The notes under the pieces are model-generated. The model worked only from the letters and a program-made list of their open reading frames with translations, was not told the DNA's origin and did not search any database. The translations under genes were made by a program, and so were the position numbers. From the NCBI GenBank assembly GCA_046582655.1, contig JAYGDX010000020.1, positions 1 to 31,503 on the forward strand: a stretch of 31,503 nt of DNA. Reading direction: 5' to 3'. The stretch is from Candidatus Poribacteria bacterium. GTDB taxonomy: Bacteria; Poribacteria; WGA-4E; UBA9662. This document shows, piece after piece, positions 25,634 through 31,503 of this stretch; position 1 is the stretch's first letter; each line of letters starts with the position of its first letter.

Positions 25634-27337
25634 TTACGACCTGATCTCTGCAAAATATTCAGTTGCCAGTTTGTGTTCTGAGGCATGGGTCATATTGTAC
25701 TGTTCTGCCAGGCCTATATAGTGATTAATTAATTCTTTTCTCTTCTCCTCCTCCAAATCTTCTCCCGTCAAAATCATGGCTTTGTAAGCACAGATTGATG
25801 CCTTTTCAACACGGGCACGAATTGTATCATCATCCGCCATTTCTAGCGCTTGGTTAAAGTAACCCAGAGCCTTTTCTGAAATCTCTAGATCTAATCCCAC
25901 CCCCTCGGCTGAGGGAAAACAGTTCGGGTGCACTCCAAGTTGAATTGCATTGTCGTGTATCATTTCGAGATACTTTCTTATTGGTTTAGCAGAACTTTGA
26001 TAGTGTAACTGGATAAACTCTTCGAGTATATCATCATCATTGAGATCAGGATTCCAAAGCAAGCTGGAAATGATGTAGTTCCGCAGGTCGGAGATTTCGC
26101 CGGTCAGTCCATTTCCATTGGCCTGCATAAACGCGCCTTTGGCATTATTCTTCAGAAAGTAACGAATATTAGGAGCAATCGAATGTAAATTGGGGAAAGG
26201 CAGGTCATAGCAACTAAAATTTGTGTTATAGTTCCAAATCCATATGTCGTCGCATATATTCCCCCAGTCATCCATATCTTGACAGAAGGATCTGTTTTTT
26301 TCGCAGTCCGGATCATTAATAGCATGTAGTGTACAACATTCAATGCTGCATAACTGGATCTGAACATTATGATCGGGCCTAATTGTCTTGGGTACTTGTC
26401 GCGTATACCAGTAAGCGAGGGTTCCAACTTTAACTTTTGGGTAATCTTTTTTAACCAATTCGGCAACAGCATTCACAAAACTGAGTTGAGATCCCATCGG
26501 TGTTTCTTCAGCCTGATTAATTGTTTCACAGTTATCACAACGGCAATAATTTGCCGTATCGGCTTGACTAACACTAATATTTTTTTGATTGGGATGATTA
26601 TTGAGGTGTTCAATCGCAGATTCTGCCGCAATTTGGATTACCTCCGGATTTGTCACGCATAATTGAGGTCCGCCGCCGTGCGTATCCGTGTGACGGTTTC
26701 CATCTACAAGAGCATAGTATTCGGGATGTTTTTCCCCGTATTTTCCAAACGGAACAAGCTGATGAAATGAGTGGTTGATTAAGCGTTGCGGTACATTCCC
26801 ACCAAGTCTTTCAGCTGGGGTAACTGTATTAACTCGTCGTCGAGCAGCAAACTCAGGATTCTCGGAGTTTTCGCGATAAAAACTCCAGCGGAAAGAAAAA
26901 GGTGGACGATATGCATAATCACCAAAGGGGATTGACAGGTTAGAGCTATCAGGTATATGCGTGTGATCACCTGTCAAAAATCGAATACCCAAACCATCCT
27001 CGAGAAACTGATAGACACCGTACAGCGCTCCGCGCGTACCTCCTCCAGCGATAATAATTTGGTTGTGTTCTACAATAATACGAAAACCTTCATCTTCTAT
27101 TTCACTGTGATCCAGAACAGCCAATGACTGGCCAATATAGATATGACCATCGGCTTGCTTCTGATCGGTATGCAAAGGAAGATATATGCCGGTTGATCTC
27201 TCAAACCAATTTTGGAATTCTTCCGCTGCATACTCATCCGAAACGGTTGCATCCCTACTTATTACGATGACCCAATCGGACATTTGAGAGACTTTAATCC
27301 CCTGACTTTCGTTAACAGCTTTAGAATTAAACAGCAA
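25634..27337 (-). CDS. DUF4838-like protein with GH20/GH67-like N-terminal domain
   Basis: YAAEEFQ, RGALYGVYQFLE, HPEYYAL, QLCVTNP, CRCDNC, TLAY and LLWNP motifs; start reassigned to TTG 27337 behind AGGAGG. Confidence 0.75.
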   Translation of the reverse strand: MLFNSKAVNESQGIKVSQMSDWVIVISRDATVSDEYAAEEFQNWFERSTGIYLPLHTDQKQADGHIYIGQSLAVLDHSEIEDEGFRIIVEHNQIIIAGGGTRGALYGVYQFLEDGLGIRFLTGDHTHIPDSSNLSIPFGDYAYRPPFSFRWSFYRENSENPEFAARRRVNTVTPAERLGGNVPQRLINHSFHQLVPFGKYGEKHPEYYALVDGNRHTDTHGGGPQLCVTNPEVIQIAAESAIEHLNNHPNQKNISVSQADTANYCRCDNCETINQAEETPMGSQLSFVNAVAELVKKDYPKVKVGTLAYWYTRQVPKTIRPDHNVQIQLCSIECCTLHAINDPDCEKNRSFCQDMDDWGNICDDIWIWNYNTNFSCYDLPFPNLHSIAPNIRYFLKNNAKGAFMQANGNGLTGEISDLRNYIISSLLWNPDLNDDDILEEFIQLHYQSSAKPIRKYLEMIHDNAIQLGVHPNCFPSAEGVGLDLEISEKALGYFNQALEMADDDTIRARVEKASICAYKAMILTGEDLEEEKRKELINHYIGLAEQYNMTHASEHKLATEYFAEIRS

Positions 27338-27501
27338 TTTCGATCCTCCTATTGATACCGGTGTTTTTAAACATTTGTGTTGTTCCGTGGGTTCTATTTT
27401 ACATCGGGTTATCATAATGTCAACATTGTTAGTAGCCAATTTTCCACTTTTATTATAATCTCTAATTACCAAGCCAACTTAGTAAAATAAAAACGTGCCA
27501 T

Positions 27502-28518
27502 ATGTCAGATTCACTAAAAGCTAAAGACTTCATAAACAAAAACAAGACTCATAGATGGCCTGTCATTGATGTCAGATCTCCGTCGGAGTTCAGCAAAGGA
27601 CATATTCCAACAGCCTACAATATTCCAATCTTTAAAGACACAGAAAGGGCAGAGATAGGTAGGATTTACAAACAAATTAACAAAGAAGAGGCTGTTAAAA
27701 AAGGGCTAGAGTTCATTGGCCCAAGACTTCGATCTGTGGCAGAAGAAGCTAAAAGCCTCAACTCTGATAATATGTTAGCTTATTGCTGGCGTGGTGGGAT
27801 GCGAAGCAACAGTTTTTCCTGGTTACTTAGCACCTTAGATGTAAATGTTGTAACCTTACATGGAGGATATAAGGCGTTTCGAAATTTTGTTCTTAATTCG
27901 TTCCTGTCAAAAAAGAAGATCCATATCCTAGGTGGATTCACTGGATCAGGGAAAACTGAAGTGCTACATGAATTCAAAAATATGGGTGAACAAATTATAG
28001 ACATTGAAGGATTAGCTAACCATAAGGGATCAGTATTCGGTCATCTGGGAGAAGAGGAACAACCTACTAACCAACAATTTGAAAATGAGTTGGCCATGGA
28101 ATGGATAAAAACGAAGTCAGATAAACCGGTTTGGATTGAAGATGAAAGCCGAATTATTGGACGAATTACAGTACCCAACAATTTTTTCATGCAGATGAAG
28201 ACCGCGCCTGTTTTCTTCCTCGATTTGCCACGTCACCTAAGAATTCAAAGATTGGTTAAAGAATATACTATCTTCCCTCAAGAAAGCTTGAAAGGAAGCA
28301 TTTTAAGAATTCAGAGAAAACTTGGGGGATTAAATGTAAAACTCGCTTTAGAGTCAATTGACCAAAAAAATTGTGATAACGCGGTAGAAATCATGCTCAA
28401 ATATTATGATAAGACCTACACCTACATGCTTGATCAAAGAAACCATGACCAAATATACAAGTATTCCAATAACACAACTGATGCGACCCAGAATGCCAAG
28501 AGAATTCTAGGTATGTAG
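27502..28518 (+). CDS. mnmH: tRNA 2-selenouridine synthase (MnmH/SelU/YbbB)
   Basis: Rhodanese domain (IDVRSPSEF..GHIP, YCWRGGMRS), P-loop GFTGSGKT, HKGSVFG and EDES. Confidence 0.93.
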   Translation: MSDSLKAKDFINKNKTHRWPVIDVRSPSEFSKGHIPTAYNIPIFKDTERAEIGRIYKQINKEEAVKKGLEFIGPRLRSVAEEAKSLNSDNMLAYCWRGGMRSNSFSWLLSTLDVNVVTLHGGYKAFRNFVLNSFLSKKKIHILGGFTGSGKTEVLHEFKNMGEQIIDIEGLANHKGSVFGHLGEEEQPTNQQFENELAMEWIKTKSDKPVWIEDESRIIGRITVPNNFFMQMKTAPVFFLDLPRHLRIQRLVKEYTIFPQESLKGSILRIQRKLGGLNVKLALESIDQKNCDNAVEIMLKYYDKTYTYMLDQRNHDQIYKYSNNTTDATQNAKRILGM

Positions 28519-28650
28519 GAGTCTGTTCTGATTTATAAAGAAAATCATGAAAATGAGCGACATCTACCCTCTACCCTAAATCGTAAAAAGCTATCTCAGC
28601 ATATGTATGACTAGAACAACCTTTCAACTTCATCTCTTGACTGTTGATAT

Positions 28651-29738
28651 CTATTCAAAACGGATCAATCCACGTGCAACTTTCCCTTCTAACATATCAG
28701 CAAATGCCTGATTAACCTCTTCTAATCGATAGGTCTTAGTTATTAACTCATCCAATTTGAGTCGTCCGGAACGGTAAAGTGCAGTAATCTTGGCATGTCA
28801 TAACTTGGTCGAGCAGAACCATAGTTACTTCCCATAATTGTTTTCTCTCCCCAGAAAACGGTTTCCGCATCCAAGGATAGTGGTTCCCGCGGTGGCGCAC
28901 CGATCCAGATGGCTTTACCTCGATTTCGAATGGAGTGAACAGTTTGTACATAAGTCGTAGCAGTACCAATGGCCTCAAAGGCATAATCAACTTCCAACCC
29001 ATCTGTTAGAGATCGGATTTCCACTATGGGATCCCCTTCACCGGCGTCGATGCTATGGGTGGCGCCAAACTGTTGGGCGAATGCTAACTTCGATGGTACC
29101 AAATCAATAACAATGATTTTCTCCGCGCCAGCAAGAGAAGCACCTTGAATTACGTTCAAACCAATTCCCCCAGCTCCAAACACAGCCACACTACTTCCCG
29201 GATGTACTTGAGCCGTACTGATGGCGGCACAAACACCGGTAGTCACACTGCAACCAATTAAAGCGGCTTTGTCCAAGGCAACATCTTTGTCGATGGGAAT
29301 GGCACACTCTTGGAGAATCACGCTATATTCAGCAAAGGAAGCAACCATAGCAAAATGGTGAATAGTTCTATTTTCCTTCCGGTAACGTGTCGTGCCATCC
29401 AGCAAACAACCTGGGCCACCTTGTCTAGATTGTAGACATAGATTGGAATAGCCTTGAGCACAGTATAAACAGTAACCACAAGATGGTATCCATGAAAGAA
29501 TAACGTGGTCGCCTGGCTTGACTGAAGTGACTCCTTTCCCAAATCTCCTCAACAATGCCCGCGCCCTCATCACCTAACACCGCAGGTAAAGGAACGTCAA
29601 GGGTTCCAGTAATCACATGGTAGCACAAACACCTGTAGCTTCTACTTTGACAACAATTTCACCTTCTTTAGGACCTTCCAGTTCGATGTCTTCGACAACA
29701 AGAGATTGGTTGAGTCCATACAAAACGGCAGCTTTCAT
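28651..29738 (-). pseudogene. Zn-dependent alcohol dehydrogenase (class III-like) pseudogene
   Basis: MKAAVL..ATGVC from 29738; frameshifts at ~29624 (HSD motif lost), ~29541 and ~28782; GHE motif reads GDE; structural-Zn CGYCLYC..C and GAGGIG retained; reconstructed end RGLIRFE* at 28651. Confidence 0.9.
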
Positions 29739-29908
29739 AGTTTTCCTCGCTTTACCCCCTTATATTTCAGCTGTTCCCGCGAGAAAATATACTCGGGCAT
29801 TGTAAATTTGTTAGTATACGATTTTTCAACTCTGGCGAGTGGACATGAAATTGGGAGATATTCTTTACGCTGAAAATGACGATTGATAGTGATTCAAGAA
29901 AGGAAAAA

Positions 29909-31069
29909 CTAAGACTTGGAATCAATTATCTCGTTTGCTCGTTTTACCCAACCTAGATTTTGGGATGGCATAATACCGTAATTGTAAAAAGCAAAATGCG
30001 TCACTCCGGTATCCATAGCCGTTTGGACATTATTATACAGTGTTTCTGCGTTTGGAGTGCTACTGCCATAGACAGAATAACCAACCACCAGTTTTTCACG
30101 ACTATCAATCTCTTGATACTTTTTGTAGATCATATCTTTCATTTGGTCTGCTGACGGTGTGTAAGCAAGGATTTCCACCTTATCAGAAATTTGACTAATT
30201 GTCTTCGGTGCAAAGCCTGAAGTAATATTGTCTCCCATTAGAATGAAGTTTAACTCGATGTCAACTGCGTCTTTAATCTCTTGAAGTAGCGAAGAAATCA
30301 CGCTTTGTCTAACTTGTATGAATTTTTCCAAACCTTCAATTTTCTCTAGGTAATGCTCAAAATCATTATCAGTTTTCCCTTTTTGAAAGACATCATCAAG
30401 CTCATTTCGAATCTGAGATGTCATACGGTCAACATCAATATCCGCATTGCCTCCTCTCTTTCGGCAATCCTGACACAGGCAAAGTCCAAAAAGCGCCTGC
30501 GCACCACCAAAGTCAACACCGGATTTACTATGATAGTGTGTGTGTCCAAAACTCATGTAACTCAGCGATTCAAGTTCTATGATCTGGATTCCTATCGCGG
30601 CCAAATTACGCGATAATCCAACAGCATAGGTTCTAACATCTGGATTAGCTGGGCACAGGGCGTAGGGCATCGAATCGTCATAAACATTTCTTTGAGCACA
30701 ATCTGGATTTTTAGTGGCCAGATAACTATTGTGCAAGAAAACTGTCCACGATTCAGCTTTCACGCCATGCTTGCAACAGGCTTCCACAAACCTGGGCAAA
30801 ACAGGATTACCCTTGACAAGTGGGCTAACGTATGGACGCAACTTGGTTTCAGAGAAAAAAACGGAATCCGGCTCGAAATAGAGTGAAGCTTGTGAACTTC
30901 GATAAAATTTACTGCCATGTGATCGAGGTCGCAGATGCTCGACCGAATGGTAGGCAGTTGCCAACGCGACGGCATTAATCCCGACATCCTCCACCAAGTA
31001 AGATATAACTGATTCAATACCTTCATCAGCTAAATCCCACGGATAAATCCACATCGCTTTGTGTGACAT
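29909..31069 (-). CDS. Hypothetical GH-like TIM-barrel protein
   Basis: WIYPWD, ATAYH, WTVFLHN, YALCPANPDVR, ELES, CLCQDC and FYNYG; AAGGA RBS. Confidence 0.6.
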   Translation of the reverse strand: MSHKAMWIYPWDLADEGIESVISYLVEDVGINAVALATAYHSVEHLRPRSHGSKFYRSSQASLYFEPDSVFFSETKLRPYVSPLVKGNPVLPRFVEACCKHGVKAESWTVFLHNSYLATKNPDCAQRNVYDDSMPYALCPANPDVRTYAVGLSRNLAAIGIQIIELESLSYMSFGHTHYHSKSGVDFGGAQALFGLCLCQDCRKRGGNADIDVDRMTSQIRNELDDVFQKGKTDNDFEHYLEKIEGLEKFIQVRQSVISSLLQEIKDAVDIELNFILMGDNITSGFAPKTISQISDKVEILAYTPSADQMKDMIYKKYQEIDSREKLVVGYSVYGSSTPNAETLYNNVQTAMDTGVTHFAFYNYGIMPSQNLGWVKRANEIIDSKS

Positions 31070-31081
31070 TTTCTTTCCTTA

Positions 31082-31503
31082 GAGGGTGTCTAAAAACTCT
31101 AAGTTGAGTTCATTGCAAGTGGCCTAAGCATGAGTTGTATCATGGCAATATAAATCATATTTTCACTTGAGCTAACCAAATATTGATAGTCTTTACTCAA
31201 TCGACGATACCCATAAAGCCAAGCAAATGTACGTTCAACAATCCATCGTTTTGGGACTACTTTAAATCCTTTAACATCATCCAAACGTTTCACTATTTCA
31301 AGTCTCCAGCCACAGATATCCTTGACCCAAGCAATTAATTTACCTGCATATCCACCATCGGCCCAGATCAGTGTTAATCGAGTGGCCGTAACGGCTACTT
31401 TTTGTAGCACCCATTTGGCACCATCTCCATCTGGTCTGTCCGCAGGTTGGACTGATAGGCTTCGAATTAATCCCAACGTATCAACCAGAATATGGCGCTT
31501 TCT
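31082..31503 (-). mobile_element. IS5-family insertion sequence (IS1031/IS427-like), downstream end only
   Basis: Putative terminal IR gagggtgtctaaaaact at 31082-31098, flanked by TTA/TAA (31079-31081) and abutting the transposase stop. Confidence 0.8.
31099..31503 (-). CDS. IS5-family DDE transposase, C-terminal part, truncated by the window edge
   Basis: RKRHILVDTLG, WADGGY, GFKVVPKRWIVERTFAWL and RRLSKDY motifs. Confidence 0.93.
   Translation of the reverse strand, partial: RKRHILVDTLGLIRSLSVQPADRPDGDGAKWVLQKVAVTATRLTLIWADGGYAGKLIAWVKDICGWRLEIVKRLDDVKGFKVVPKRWIVERTFAWLYGYRRLSKDYQYLVSSSENMIYIAMIQLMLRPLAMNST

Noticed and set aside
27338..27472. 45-aa N-terminal extension of the DUF4838-like ORF
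   Set aside because: AGGAGG precedes TTG 27337, and the extension would leave almost no room for the divergent promoters
1732..31026. Many short (60-170 aa) ORFs in the track overlapping larger genes
   Set aside because: Antisense or off-frame shadows of well-supported CDSs with no recognisable motifs; the exceptions are pseudogene fragments (18714, 20655, 28743, 29425)
1..31503. Selenoprotein (in-frame TGA) suggested by the presence of mnmH
   Set aside because: I saw no gene broken by TGA at a Cys-equivalent position; the TGA stops I looked at fall at natural C-termini

Overview
Bacterial chromosomal segment, AT-rich by eye (not computed). The gene mix (PhyH dioxygenase, Gfo/Idh/MocA, DUF4838-like protein, DegT aminotransferase, S8 protease with a YPNP-type C-terminal domain) suggests an uncultured marine heterotroph such as Poribacteria; this is inference only. 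The best-supported system is a minus-strand operon nrdR-nrdA-nrdB-prs with a near-consensus sigma70 promoter and two tandem NrdR boxes. Its beta subunit has the class Ic (Mn/Fe, no tyrosyl radical) signature and also lacks the Chlamydia Y222 activation tyrosine. The operon ends in a PRPP-synthetase homologue with a non-canonical substrate loop. A second notable unit is a GNAT::GH-like TIM-barrel fusion coupled to a CobB sirtuin. Also present: a TPR/glycosyltransferase-like gene with 102-bp repeats at the left edge, orphan hydantoinase-A and TIM-barrel genes, mnmH, three decayed genes (amidohydrolase, GST-like remnant, Zn-ADH), and an IS5-family end at the right edge inserted just upstream of a gene's RBS. 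No rRNA, tRNA or CRISPR array was recognised. All calls come from motif recognition, with no database searches.
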